Positions 30,177-40,333 of a stretch of 64,000 nucleotides of DNA are shown in pieces. The stretch is from an uncultured Candidatus Saccharibacteria bacterium (lineage in GTDB: Bacteria; Patescibacteriota; Minisyncoccia; Phycocordibacterales; UBA918): NCBI GenBank assembly GCA_964638425.1, contig CAZWYM010000003.1:16289-80288 (forward strand), read 5' to 3'. Position 1 is the stretch's first letter. Each line of letters begins with the position of its first letter. A model generated the notes under the pieces. The model ran no database searches. It was not told where the DNA came from and saw only the letters and a list, made by a program, of their open reading frames with translations. Position numbers and translations under genes: made by a program.

Positions 30177-30656
30177 ATGGAAACAGCGGGGATAATGACG
30201 TTACTCAAAGAGTCTATTTTTATGATTGCAGTATTTTCTGTCTTTCTTTTCTATGCAATGGGAAAGGGAAGATATGCACTCATTAATGTTATTTTCTCAT
30301 TGTATTTAGCACTCCTCATCTCAATCAAGTTCCCATACTACAACGAATTCGCAGGGGGAGCAGGGGAGAGCAGTGCAGTAGCAAAGATTCTTATTTTCCT
30401 CGCGTTCGTTATCACTGGCATTCTTCTCTTCAGACGCCACGTCCCTGGAGATGACTACGAGCCAGCTTTTCATGGACTCTGGAAGAAGATCATTCTTTCG
30501 GGTATGGCGACTGTCCTCATCATGATTTTTAGCTTCCACGCACTTCCCGTGACCGAAATCATCACCCCAGGTACTCCTATTCAGTCTCTCTTTGCGTCTC
30601 CAGAGAACTTCTTCTGGTGGCTCATCCTTCCCATCGTCGTCCTCTTCTTTGTGTAA
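30177..30656 (+). CDS. Conserved multi-pass membrane protein
   Basis: Several TM helices, FFWWLILP C-terminus; TATAAT 6 nt before ATG. Confidence 0.7.
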   Translation: METAGIMTLLKESIFMIAVFSVFLFYAMGKGRYALINVIFSLYLALLISIKFPYYNEFAGGAGESSAVAKILIFLAFVITGILLFRRHVPGDDYEPAFHGLWKKIILSGMATVLIMIFSFHALPVTEIITPGTPIQSLFASPENFFWWLILPIVVLFFV

Positions 30657-30827
30657 AGCATTAAGATTCTAAGGCAGTTGCATTGATTTTTTGCATAATT
30701 CTGGTATAGTTTTTTTGTTACATTATATTGTTTGCTTGTGCTGCAAAACGCATCGTCTGCACAGTCTGGCAGGCTTTTTTATTAAAAAGTGAGTTACCAT
30801 TGAGTATATTTAATCAGTAAAGAAACC

Positions 30828-32255
30828 ATGAGCAACATACCAGAATATTCTACACAGTTCGAAGGTCCAATAATCATCATTGGTTTCGGTTCAATAGGTA
30901 AGGCGGTTCTTCCGCTCGTGCATCGTCATCTCATTTCAAGTACTAAGAATGTTTTTATATTCAGTCCAGACGACCGCAATCTTGCAATCGCACAAGAATA
31001 CGGCGCAACATTCATAAAGGAGGCAATCACTAAAGAAAACTACAAGCAACTCCTTGGAGACATCGTAAAGAGTAGCCCGCATCAATCCCTTATCATCAAC
31101 GTATCTGTAGATGTTGAAACGAAGGACATCATTCGCTTTGCTCAAGAAACAGGAAGTCTTTCTATAGATACCTCAATAGACCCATGGCCAGGGTTCTACT
31201 ACAACGAGGATCTCTCACTTGAAGAACGTTCAAACTACGCACTCCGCGAAAACCTTCTTGAACTCAGAAAGAGTAGTCCAAGTAAAACAACGGCAGTCTC
31301 ATGCTGTGGTGCAAACCCAGGTATGGTTTCATGGCTCGTCAAAGAAGCGCTTCTTAATCTTGCGAAAGATACCGGACTCGAAGTAACCAAACCAAAGACA
31401 CGAGAAGAGTGGGCGAAGCTCATGCAAAAGCTTGAAGTGAAGGGTATCCATATTGCCGAACGCGATTCTCAAAAGCCTGTTGTCGATAAGAAGCCTGGAT
31501 GCTTTGTAAACACATGGTCAGTCGATGGTTTCCTTTTTGAAAGTCTCCAGCCAGCAGAACTCGGATGGGGAACACACGAGAAGCAACTTCCACTAAACGG
31601 AAAGGAGCATGAGTATGGGTGTAAGGCAGGTATATACATAAACACCCCAGCACTCGGCGTACACGTACAGACATGGACACCAACGACAGGGACACACCAT
31701 GCATTTCTCGTGACACACAATGAGGCTATTTCTATTGCTGATTACTTCACGGTGAAAGAAGGGGACGAAGTGGCATATCGACCAACCTGCCACTATGCAT
31801 ACCGACCTACAGAAGCAACCATTACCTCAGTCAATGAAGTAATACGAAATAACTACACTCCACTCGCAGAAACACACGTGCTTGAAGCAGGCGAAATTGA
31901 GAGTGGTATGGACGAACTCGGCGTTCTTCTCTATGGCCACAAGAAAAATGCATACTGGTATGGTTCACAACTCACCATAGAAGAAGCCCGTGCGCTTGTC
32001 CCACACCAAAACGCAACAGGGCTTCAAGTAGCCTCTGCTCTTATTGCTGGAGCAATATGGGCAATCCGTCATCCTGAAGAAGGACTCGTCGAGGTGGACG
32101 AAATTGACTTTGAAGAATGTCTCGAGCTCCAAAAACCATACCTCGGAAAGGTAGCTGGCTACTACACAGACTGGAATCCACTCCAGAGCATGTCAGGGGA
32201 GCATATGCTCAAAGACGACGAAGACCCATGGCAGTTTTCAAATATCAGAGTATAG
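30828..32255 (+). CDS. hss: Homospermidine synthase
   Basis: GFGSIG, CGANPGMVS, NTWSVDG, QPAELGWG, LVTHNE, YRPTCHYAY, NATGLQV. Confidence 0.95.
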   Translation: MSNIPEYSTQFEGPIIIIGFGSIGKAVLPLVHRHLISSTKNVFIFSPDDRNLAIAQEYGATFIKEAITKENYKQLLGDIVKSSPHQSLIINVSVDVETKDIIRFAQETGSLSIDTSIDPWPGFYYNEDLSLEERSNYALRENLLELRKSSPSKTTAVSCCGANPGMVSWLVKEALLNLAKDTGLEVTKPKTREEWAKLMQKLEVKGIHIAERDSQKPVVDKKPGCFVNTWSVDGFLFESLQPAELGWGTHEKQLPLNGKEHEYGCKAGIYINTPALGVHVQTWTPTTGTHHAFLVTHNEAISIADYFTVKEGDEVAYRPTCHYAYRPTEATITSVNEVIRNNYTPLAETHVLEAGEIESGMDELGVLLYGHKKNAYWYGSQLTIEEARALVPHQNATGLQVASALIAGAIWAIRHPEEGLVEVDEIDFEECLELQKPYLGKVAGYYTDWNPLQSMSGEHMLKDDEDPWQFSNIRV

Positions 32256-32342
32256 GAATCCACTTTAGTTTAAATTATAGGTAATTTGACGTAATCAGAT
32301 ATTGTGGTAGAATAATCGCAGTCAAAAATTTTGGAGAATCAC

Positions 32343-33068
32343 ATGGAAAGTTCTTTAACAACTTGGTTTGAATGGATACTTGAGTTTCTCATATTAAATT
32401 GGGATGAAACGTTCTACAGTGCACTTGAATTACTACCGCGGACTGGTGCGGAGACATTTTGTCTTATAGCTGCAGTGTGCCAAATCGTAGGGTATTACTT
32501 GTACGGCAAGCATGTTTTAGGTGGTGAAACACGACCAAATATCGCTTCATGGGGTATGTGGTTTTTTGGAGCAGTAGTTGACCTCGTCACCTACGACTCC
32601 ATACGTGGAAGTCACTGGACAACTAATGCGGCGCCGTTTGCATGTTCACTTGGCGTTCTTGGTGTCACACTTATTATTCTCTATCTACATGTTAGAAGTA
32701 GAATGCATGGCATAAGACCTGTTTACCAAACTCTTGAAAAGGGGGATAAATATTTTTCACTTTTCGACGTAAGTGCAGCAATTGTTTGGATGCGTGGATA
32801 CGGCACATTAGGGAATTTTATTTCTGTCGGTACGACAGTATTCCAATTCTTTCCAATGTACCGCGAGACATACAAAAACCCATCAGTTGAAAAACCAGAT
32901 CCTTGGATTTGGTGGAGCTTTGCATGGGGGTTTATGGTCGTAGCAGTTGCTGTTGGTCCAGGGGCAGATAGTTGGGCGTTATACTTCTTACCACTATGGT
33001 ACCTCATGCTTCATGCAATTATGGTTCCACTCTGCCTGAGAAAAGTACCGCAAACTGCATGTGTATGA
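32343..33068 (+). CDS. Multi-pass membrane protein (PQ-loop-like duplicated architecture)
   Basis: ~7 TM; RPNIASW and PMYRETYKNP..E..W motifs; GGAG SD. Confidence 0.6.
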   Translation: MESSLTTWFEWILEFLILNWDETFYSALELLPRTGAETFCLIAAVCQIVGYYLYGKHVLGGETRPNIASWGMWFFGAVVDLVTYDSIRGSHWTTNAAPFACSLGVLGVTLIILYLHVRSRMHGIRPVYQTLEKGDKYFSLFDVSAAIVWMRGYGTLGNFISVGTTVFQFFPMYRETYKNPSVEKPDPWIWWSFAWGFMVVAVAVGPGADSWALYFLPLWYLMLHAIMVPLCLRKVPQTACV

Positions 33069-33092
33069 AACTCTAATATTAGTTCTCAAATC

Positions 33093-33122
33093 AAAAGACA
33101 CTCTCACGAGTGTCTTTTTTTT
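33093..33122 (+). terminator. Intrinsic terminator
   Basis: AAAAGACACTC-TCAC-GAGTGTCTTTTTTTT. Confidence 0.85.
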
Positions 33123-33200
33123 ATTTAAATAAAATTCATATCTGTGGATAGCAGAATTAATTTTATAATTTCAGGATTGTGGGATGCTATAATATTAATA

Positions 33201-33365
33201 ATGCACTTTGGGAAAAAATTTAGCACAGGTATAAGATTCACTTTTATCTTTTGTACTGTTCTTTCAGTACTAGCTATTTTTTATTCTAAGATTATTGCCC
33301 ACGATTACGAAATACTTACCACTGAATCAGGGTTACCTGATATAGAAATTACGTATGAGAATTGA
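33201..33365 (+). CDS. Small single-TM protein preceding the sensor kinase
   Basis: 54 aa, TATAAT 7 nt upstream, overlaps kinase start. Confidence 0.45.
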   Translation: MHFGKKFSTGIRFTFIFCTVLSVLAIFYSKIIAHDYEILTTESGLPDIEITYEN

Positions 33366-35046
33366 TCCTACATATTGTTCTTGGGACACTTCACCTTTTT
33401 TGCTGATTTTTTCTGACAACGTATCAGAGAATTTTGTTTACTATTCGCATATTCTACCGGCTCTTTTCATTCTCATTTTTATTGCCGTCCTACTGAAACA
33501 AGATTTCAGCAATAAACTTGTAAAGGTTATTGCTGTTATTGCAATGTCATTTACAGCGTGGAGCCTATCGGATCTTATGCTTTGGTCGCAGGCAAATCCA
33601 GATTACATAATGTTTTTCTGGTCTATCCTCATCTATTTTGAAATATTCATATATATAGGCTCATTGTACTTCATGTACTACTTTATCGAGAAGAGAACCC
33701 TCACTTGGGTGCATGAACTTCTTATTTTTATACTATGTATTCCTATTTTTTTATTTGCACACACATCATTAAATTTGGCTAGCTTTGATTATACAAACTG
33801 CCTCAAAGAAGCTGTTGAAGGACCGCTTGTTGCATACGCATATGCCGTTGAACTAGTTATTGCAGTTTGGATATTACTTTATTCGATTAGCGCATACTTC
33901 AAGAAAAGTATCGAAAAAAATAAAAGAGAGATTGCCCTTGCTTCTACTGGTGTTCTACTGTTTTTGTTCTCATTTTCATTTGGAAACATTTTTGGTTCCT
34001 TTGACACAAATTACGAACTTGGACAACTTGGTCTCATGGCTACGCCAATTTTTATTGGTATCCTTGCATATATCAGCATCAAGTACGGAACATTTAACAT
34101 ACGGGCGATTGGAGCTGAGATTCTTATCGTCGCAATAATTCTTCTCATTGTTTCGATTCTTTTTAATACTGATATTCAAAATATTAGAATAACAGCAGGC
34201 TTCACTGCACTCATGACATCTATTCTTGGGTACATGCTCATTAAGAGTGTTAAACGAGAGGTAAAACTCCGTGAACAAATTGAAGAACTTGCATCTAATC
34301 TCCAAGTCGCAAACGACCGGCTTAAGGTGCTCGACAAGATGAAGTCAGAGTTCGTTTCTATTGCATCACACCAACTTCGTAGTCCGCTTACTGCTATCCG
34401 CGGGTACGCATCAATGCTTGAAGAAGGAACGTACGGAAAGATTCCTGCAAAGGCAGGGGAGGCACTCAACAAAATTGTTGAGTCGAGTAGATTTATGGCA
34501 CTTTCTATTGAAGACTACCTCAACGTATCTCGTATTGAAGCAGGGAACATGAAGTATGAAATGACCGATTTCAACCTCCGTGAACTTACCGAAAAACTCG
34601 TTGACGAACTCCGCCCAGTCGCAATCAAGAAGGGGCTCGTGATGGTATTCCGCTCAGAGTGTAATGGAAGTTGTTCTATTAGTGCGGACATCGGGAAGAC
34701 ACGTCAGATTCTCTCAAACCTCATTGATAACTCTATGAAGTACACTCCAAAGGGAACTATTACTGTAGTCGCTCACGACGACCCAAAGACTAAGAAAATG
34801 CTCATCACCATTCAAGACACTGGAATTGGAATGGACATGGAAACACAAGAGGATGTATTTGAAAAATTTGTTCGAGCAAAGAACGCGAACAGCGTAAACG
34901 TAACCGGTACAGGCCTCGGTCTCTACATTGCAAAGAAGATGATTCTCGAAATGAAGGGTAACGTCACCGTACACTCAGACGGAGAAGGAAAGGGTTCAAC
35001 ATTCACCGTAGAATTCCCACTCCTCCCCGGCAAAACCATGCGGTAA
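33355..35046 (+). CDS. Membrane sensor histidine kinase (multi-TM N-terminus, HisKA, HATPase)
   Basis: SHQLRSPL H-box, NLIDNSMKYT, DTGIGM, GTGLGL. Confidence 0.95.
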   Translation: MRIDPTYCSWDTSPFLLIFSDNVSENFVYYSHILPALFILIFIAVLLKQDFSNKLVKVIAVIAMSFTAWSLSDLMLWSQANPDYIMFFWSILIYFEIFIYIGSLYFMYYFIEKRTLTWVHELLIFILCIPIFLFAHTSLNLASFDYTNCLKEAVEGPLVAYAYAVELVIAVWILLYSISAYFKKSIEKNKREIALASTGVLLFLFSFSFGNIFGSFDTNYELGQLGLMATPIFIGILAYISIKYGTFNIRAIGAEILIVAIILLIVSILFNTDIQNIRITAGFTALMTSILGYMLIKSVKREVKLREQIEELASNLQVANDRLKVLDKMKSEFVSIASHQLRSPLTAIRGYASMLEEGTYGKIPAKAGEALNKIVESSRFMALSIEDYLNVSRIEAGNMKYEMTDFNLRELTEKLVDELRPVAIKKGLVMVFRSECNGSCSISADIGKTRQILSNLIDNSMKYTPKGTITVVAHDDPKTKKMLITIQDTGIGMDMETQEDVFEKFVRAKNANSVNVTGTGLGLYIAKKMILEMKGNVTVHSDGEGKGSTFTVEFPLLPGKTMR

Positions 35047-35059
35047 TAGAATTATATTC

Positions 35060-35896
35060 ATGGAGAAAACTCATTTTTTAAATGGCAGATTTGTTTCGGA
35101 AAGTGAGCTTCTCATTTCTCCACGTGATCTTGGGTATTCACGAGGATATGCTGTATTTGATTTTTTGGTTACTTATCATCATAGGCCTTTTATGTTAAAA
35201 AGCCATGTTGACCGCCTTTTTCGTTCAGCTGAAGCAATAACACTTTATATTCCATGGACAAAAGAACAAGTTTCGGAGTGGATATTAAAGACTCTTGATG
35301 CTAATAAAGCAATGAATACTGAAAAAGTAATACGTATAACGATTTCAGGCGGTTCCTCGTTTATACTAACTCCTACAGATTCACCAACTATTGTAATCAC
35401 AATTGACTCTATGATTTACTGCTCTCCAGAAAACTATAAAGATGGGGTTGAGGTGAATTTGGTTGAATTTCAACGCTATCTACCTCAAGCGAAGACAAAT
35501 AATTATATTGAAGCAATTCGTAGTATGAACGGATCAAATACTCAAAATATCGATGAATTGATATACCACTCCAATGGTATGGTGCATGAAGGATCTCGTT
35601 GTAATATTTTTGCTGCCATAAATGGAAGACTTCTCACCCCTAAAACTAATATTCTTGAAGGGATAACACGAGGTGTGTTACTTGATATCCTAAAATTGAC
35701 AGTTCCAGTTGTAGCTGAGGATTTTTCAGTTGATGCCTTACATTCGGCATCTGAGATATTCCTCACCGCAACAGGTAAAGAGATAATGCCTGTAACTAAA
35801 ATAAACGGTGTTCGAGTAGGAAGTGGTTCAGTTGGTACTCTCACTAAGGGGGTTATGCAACAGTACAACTCTTTTGTTCACTCAGCTCTTTGGTAG
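35060..35896 (+). CDS. PLP-dependent aminotransferase class IV (D-amino-acid/branched-chain type)
   Basis: DLGYSRGYAVFD, HVDRL, AKTNNY (PLP Lys), EGSRCN, ILEGITR. Confidence 0.9.
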   Translation: MEKTHFLNGRFVSESELLISPRDLGYSRGYAVFDFLVTYHHRPFMLKSHVDRLFRSAEAITLYIPWTKEQVSEWILKTLDANKAMNTEKVIRITISGGSSFILTPTDSPTIVITIDSMIYCSPENYKDGVEVNLVEFQRYLPQAKTNNYIEAIRSMNGSNTQNIDELIYHSNGMVHEGSRCNIFAAINGRLLTPKTNILEGITRGVLLDILKLTVPVVAEDFSVDALHSASEIFLTATGKEIMPVTKINGVRVGSGSVGTLTKGVMQQYNSFVHSALW

Positions 35897-35911
35897 TAAT
35901 GGTTCTAATTA

Positions 35912-36724
35912 CTAACTCCACATTGATAATGAATCGTTTTTGAGTGTCAAAAACGAATTAAGTGTTAGTCTGGTCTCACCAGGGCTGATTTGTTCAACCT
36001 GATGGAAATTTCGACTGCGGAAAATAATTAAATCGCCAGTCTCAGGAAAAATCTTTGTAGGTCTTTCATTTTGTAGGAATGATGGATTAAATCCATTTGG
36101 ACCTTTTTCAAAAATATCTTCATTATAAATATTATCCTCAGGTATCCAAGGGTGATTATAGATAATTAATTCTCCCCCTACACTTGGCATCTGTAGATAC
36201 AGAACGATAGCAAATTGTTCTTCTGATGCAGATACTTCCCACCCAGGGAGTTGGCTTGGTGCGTAGTCAAAATGTAATGTACTTTTTGCCCCCATTGCTC
36301 GGACAAGACCGGAAAAATAAACCGCATTATGCATGCTAGGTTCGTGCGCTAGAGATACAACATAGTCTTTTGAAAACAACTTGATTATTTTCTGAATAGG
36401 TTCTGATACACCAGAAAACATTTCGTCCTTGACTCGGACACATTCTGGAACAAGCTTGAAATAAAGGTCCTTTCCATTTATCTTGGAGTGGTATTCTGTT
36501 GCACTTATTCCAATCCTCCCTTGTCTATACTCAGCATCTTTATACCATGATATGTCATGCTCGTTGATGTTTTTTACGATGATATCTAGTTCATTTTGAT
36601 CAAAAAAATTCGAGATCTTAATTGCTGCAATATTGTTTGTAGCTAATAAAGGTAAGAGCACCTTTGCTTCCAGATCCCTATCAGCTTCTACTTTCTTTAT
36701 TTCCCAGTCTTTTGCATATTCCAT
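35912..36724 (-). CDS. 2OG-Fe(II) oxygenase
   Basis: LHFD (HxD), LYLQMP..GGEL, GDLIIF..NFHQV, RLT. Confidence 0.85.
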   Translation of the reverse strand: MEYAKDWEIKKVEADRDLEAKVLLPLLATNNIAAIKISNFFDQNELDIIVKNINEHDISWYKDAEYRQGRIGISATEYHSKINGKDLYFKLVPECVRVKDEMFSGVSEPIQKIIKLFSKDYVVSLAHEPSMHNAVYFSGLVRAMGAKSTLHFDYAPSQLPGWEVSASEEQFAIVLYLQMPSVGGELIIYNHPWIPEDNIYNEDIFEKGPNGFNPSFLQNERPTKIFPETGDLIIFRSRNFHQVEQISPGETRLTLNSFLTLKNDSLSMWS

Positions 36725-36806
36725 GATGTGAATAAATTATACCACCATAAGTCATATATGTTCAGATTATTTGCAAAGTGTTACAATTTCCATACACATA
36801 TACAAT

Positions 36807-38258
36807 ATGGAGCCGGTAAATATCATTATTATTGGAGTAGGACCCCATGCTCGGAGAATTTATATTCCAATACTCATGGAGCTTTCTAAAAGTATGCCCA
36901 TACGTTTGGTTGGGGCTGTGGACCTGCAGAAACAAAAAGAAGTCGTTGATTTGTATTTGAAGGAGAAAGAATGCTTCCTAAAGGCATTATATTTTGATCC
37001 ATTTGACGCAGCAGAGGGGTTGCCAGATAATTGTATAATCACACTTGATACTCTTGTTAAAGATTTAAATATACATGGCGTGGTGATTTCTACAGAGCCA
37101 ACCGCACACAAGGTGTATGCAGAATGGGCATTAAAGCGTGGCCTGCATATTCTTATGGATAAACCTATCTCTGTGAGAAAATCTATTTGTACAGAATCCT
37201 CACAAGCACAGGCCCTAATAAAGGATTACGAGGATTTGTTAGAGTTATACAATCAGCAACAACTCATTCGACCAACTGCCTTTTCAATTAGTGCACAAAG
37301 GAGATACGAATATGGATTTGAGATGGCGAAAAAATTAATTGCAGAAGTAAGAGATCGGTTTAATATGCCAGTCACTTCAATTCAAGCCATGCACGCAGAT
37401 GGAACGTGGATGTTCCCCAAAGAGGTCCTTTCCCAAGAATCTCATCGACACTTTGATGGTTATGGAAAAGTTTCTCATAGTGGCTACCATATATTTGATA
37501 TGGTGTGGCAATTATATGAAGCTGGACTCGTCGACAAAAAACGACCAGACCACCTAGAAATTCTTTCGTCCCCATTATTGCCAAGTGGCCTTAGTATTGA
37601 TCTGAATGAAAATGATTATCAAAAATATTTTGGTCACGAGTATGAATCAATACCACTTTCGGAGAAGGAGTACAGAGAAAAGGTTAAAACATATGGTGAA
37701 ATTGACTCCTTCAATATCATCAGACTTTTAAAGGGAAACGAGAATATTTGTAATATTTCTATAAATCTACTTCATAGTAGTTTTTCCCGACGTTCATGGG
37801 CAATACCTAATGCAGACCGATATAAAGGAAACGGTCGCGTTAAGCATCAGCAGTTCATTATTCAACAAGGACCATTCCAATGCATTCAAATCCATAACTA
37901 CCAGTCAAAAGGTTCTCATGATGTTGACAATTCAACTGAGTATGGAGCTGGCGGTAATAATCATTTTGATATTTACGTCTTTCGTAATAGAGAAATGTTC
38001 GGATCTGGAGAAGCTTTTTATAAAGTATCAGCCAAGGACCTCGAGGAGAAGGAGTGTGTAAGTCGACTGAATGTTGAAAATGCAAAAGAACGTGTGATTT
38101 TAGAATTTGTAAACTTTATGCTCGGAAAAGTTAATGTAGATAATTTAAAATCAAACATAGACACACACAACATACCTGTTAAGATTATGAGTGGTGTATA
38201 TCAATCAAGTATACGACTAATTAATCATCAGAATCCTTTAATATCAATGTCAATATGA
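36807..38258 (+). CDS. Gfo/Idh/MocA family NAD(P)-dependent oxidoreductase
   Basis: IIGVGPHA Rossmann, HILMDKP, HSGYHIFD. Confidence 0.85.
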   Translation: MEPVNIIIIGVGPHARRIYIPILMELSKSMPIRLVGAVDLQKQKEVVDLYLKEKECFLKALYFDPFDAAEGLPDNCIITLDTLVKDLNIHGVVISTEPTAHKVYAEWALKRGLHILMDKPISVRKSICTESSQAQALIKDYEDLLELYNQQQLIRPTAFSISAQRRYEYGFEMAKKLIAEVRDRFNMPVTSIQAMHADGTWMFPKEVLSQESHRHFDGYGKVSHSGYHIFDMVWQLYEAGLVDKKRPDHLEILSSPLLPSGLSIDLNENDYQKYFGHEYESIPLSEKEYREKVKTYGEIDSFNIIRLLKGNENICNISINLLHSSFSRRSWAIPNADRYKGNGRVKHQQFIIQQGPFQCIQIHNYQSKGSHDVDNSTEYGAGGNNHFDIYVFRNREMFGSGEAFYKVSAKDLEEKECVSRLNVENAKERVILEFVNFMLGKVNVDNLKSNIDTHNIPVKIMSGVYQSSIRLINHQNPLISMSI

Positions 38259-38890
38259 AAGGCTCAATCTATTTAATCGGCGGTGGCGAAATTGGAAAAG
38301 GTGAAACTGCAAAAATTGATAATGAGTTAATAGAAATTACTCCTGCGGACAAGACACTTGTTTTTTTTGGCACAGCAGCAGGGGATAATCGAGAGTATAT
38401 TAATACGATTGAGTCGGTTTTTAAGTCCAACCTAAAGGTTATTGCTCCAACAGAGAAAGATGGTCCTGAGTTCGCACTCTCTTCCATAAATTCTGCATCA
38501 ATTATATATCTAGGAGGAGGTACAACCGAATTATTGTTAAATCTCTTTGAGAAATGGAGGCTTGTTCAGCCACTCCGTCACGCATTAAGTCGCGGAGCGC
38601 ATCTTGTAGGAATGAGTGCAGGGGCACAAGCTTTATCAGCATGGTATGTTCATGAGGATGAGAACTCTATGGAACTGCGAAGAGGATGGGGTTTCGTTTC
38701 CAGCTGTATACTTGTACATGCAGATCAGAATTCATCAGCACAAGCGGAAGTACTCTGGGGAGATAGCCAAGATGCTAACCAAAATCCTTTTATAGCGATT
38801 GGAGAAGGTGCAGCATGGCGTGTAAATCCTTCAGGGGCATTGAAAATTGGGACCGGCAAAATATGGCATTCCAAAATCACTGAATCATAA
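38255..38890 (+). CDS. Peptidase S51 (dipeptidase E/cyanophycinase-like)
   Basis: LIGGG, TAAGD, IYLGGGTT, GMSAGA nucleophile elbow, downstream His. Confidence 0.82.
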   Translation: MKGSIYLIGGGEIGKGETAKIDNELIEITPADKTLVFFGTAAGDNREYINTIESVFKSNLKVIAPTEKDGPEFALSSINSASIIYLGGGTTELLLNLFEKWRLVQPLRHALSRGAHLVGMSAGAQALSAWYVHEDENSMELRRGWGFVSSCILVHADQNSSAQAEVLWGDSQDANQNPFIAIGEGAAWRVNPSGALKIGTGKIWHSKITES

Positions 38891-38956
38891 AGAAATGCGT
38901 TGTCCTCAATCCACTTTTTCTGACATAGTGCATTAAAAATGCCCCATTTTTTAATT

Positions 38957-38986
38957 ATTGACTATAATTATTTTCTATCGTATATT
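38957..38986 (+). promoter_or_regulatory. Sigma-70 promoter of AlaRS-like gene
   Basis: TTGACT-17 nt-TATATT; AAGGAG SD before ATG 39032. Confidence 0.65.
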
Positions 38987-39031
38987 AATTAATAGTTTCG
39001 CTCATTGTAATCAAACATAAGGAGAATCGTC

Positions 39032-40153
39032 ATGATTAGTTCTTTGAAAGAAAGTTTCCTTGATTATCATCAGGCACGAGGGTTTTGTATATATGAGTCC
39101 TTTCCTTTGGTAATTGATGACCCTACAATCCTATTCACAAATGCTACAATAACACCATTTAAGTCCATGTTCATGGGAGAGGGGGAGAGAATAAATTATG
39201 CTCTTGTTCAGAAATGTCTACGTTTAGGAGGGACAGGGGGGAATCTTGAAACACCTCGTTCAAACATGAACTACACTTCCTTATTCGATATGCTCGGAAG
39301 CGGACTATTTGATGTTAATCAAGACTCTGCAGTAACTTACTTCGTTGAAGTACTCATCGAGCTTGGTCTCCAGAAAAAAAATCTCGTGTTTAGCACCACT
39401 TATAATTCTGGTTTTGACTTGGCTTTGGAACGAGCAGGAATAAGTGCGAGTCAAATCAGACTCTTCAACGATCCAAAAGAGATCCAGCACGAATGGAGTT
39501 TTGGGGAAGGAGATTTGCATGGTTGTGGAGTGGTGGCTTGGTGTGTTCCTGAAAGCTATCTAGGACACACTTTCGACAGTATCCCACAAGAACTTTTTCA
39601 GTATGTTCAAATAGGAAGGATAGTCCATATCGATGGTGTTGCACGAGTTTCAACTGTAGAGTTGTTCCCATACTCAGCATACGATATGGGAATCGGGTTG
39701 AATAGGGTTGAGGCAGCTCTCAATGGGAACTGTGAAATGTCTATGTATCCATGGAGAATGCTTTCGAAACAACTTCAATCTTCAATACATGGGCTTTATA
39801 AAACCGATGCCCATTACATGGCGAATCTCTATCGTGTAGCTGAGGATCTGATTGGTGAAGGGCTTCTTCCTGGGAAGAAGAAGCATGCTTATGCTCTTCG
39901 GAAAGTAGTACGATTACTTATCGAGGAGATTTGGCTAAAGTCAAAGGCATTGGTAGATATTTACACAGTGTTGCGGGAGTCGATTAACACATCCGCTTAT
40001 CGAGACTTGCTCATCCAGGTTCTTTCTCAGGAAGAAGTAGCTTTACGTGGGGTACTTTCTGTTGCCATACAAAAGCAGAAGAAGTACCCCGGCATGAATC
40101 CTGAAGAACTGCGTTCAACGTTCGGAATTCGTCCGAGCCTTCTCAAGCTTTAA
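39032..40153 (+). CDS. Alanyl-tRNA synthetase paralog (catalytic and helical domains only, divergent)
   Basis: DDPTILFTNA, QKCLR, TSLFDMLGS, DMGIGLNR, EGLLPG..AYALRKVVR; no editing or C-Ala domain. Confidence 0.85.
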   Translation: MISSLKESFLDYHQARGFCIYESFPLVIDDPTILFTNATITPFKSMFMGEGERINYALVQKCLRLGGTGGNLETPRSNMNYTSLFDMLGSGLFDVNQDSAVTYFVEVLIELGLQKKNLVFSTTYNSGFDLALERAGISASQIRLFNDPKEIQHEWSFGEGDLHGCGVVAWCVPESYLGHTFDSIPQELFQYVQIGRIVHIDGVARVSTVELFPYSAYDMGIGLNRVEAALNGNCEMSMYPWRMLSKQLQSSIHGLYKTDAHYMANLYRVAEDLIGEGLLPGKKKHAYALRKVVRLLIEEIWLKSKALVDIYTVLRESINTSAYRDLLIQVLSQEEVALRGVLSVAIQKQKKYPGMNPEELRSTFGIRPSLLKL

Positions 40154-40178
40154 GCACTAAAAATTTTTAAGAGGTAAC

Positions 40179-40211
40179 AAAACGAGGGTGCCAACACACC
40201 TTCGTTTTTTT
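40179..40211 (+). terminator. Intrinsic terminator of AlaRS-like gene
   Basis: AAAACGAGGGTG-CCAACA-CACCTTCGTTTTTTT. Confidence 0.8.
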
Positions 40212-40333
40212 ATTTTGAATAGCAAGGTGAGAAAATGGGTAAATCTGATTAAATTTGTAGAGACAATCTGATCAGTTGATACCCAAGTATTCTTTTCATA
40301 TATAAAAGCATATCACTTAATATTTCATAAAGA

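Noticed and set aside
35912-36724. 2OG-dependent halogenase
   Set aside because: HxD carboxylate is retained (LHFD); halogenases have HxG/A
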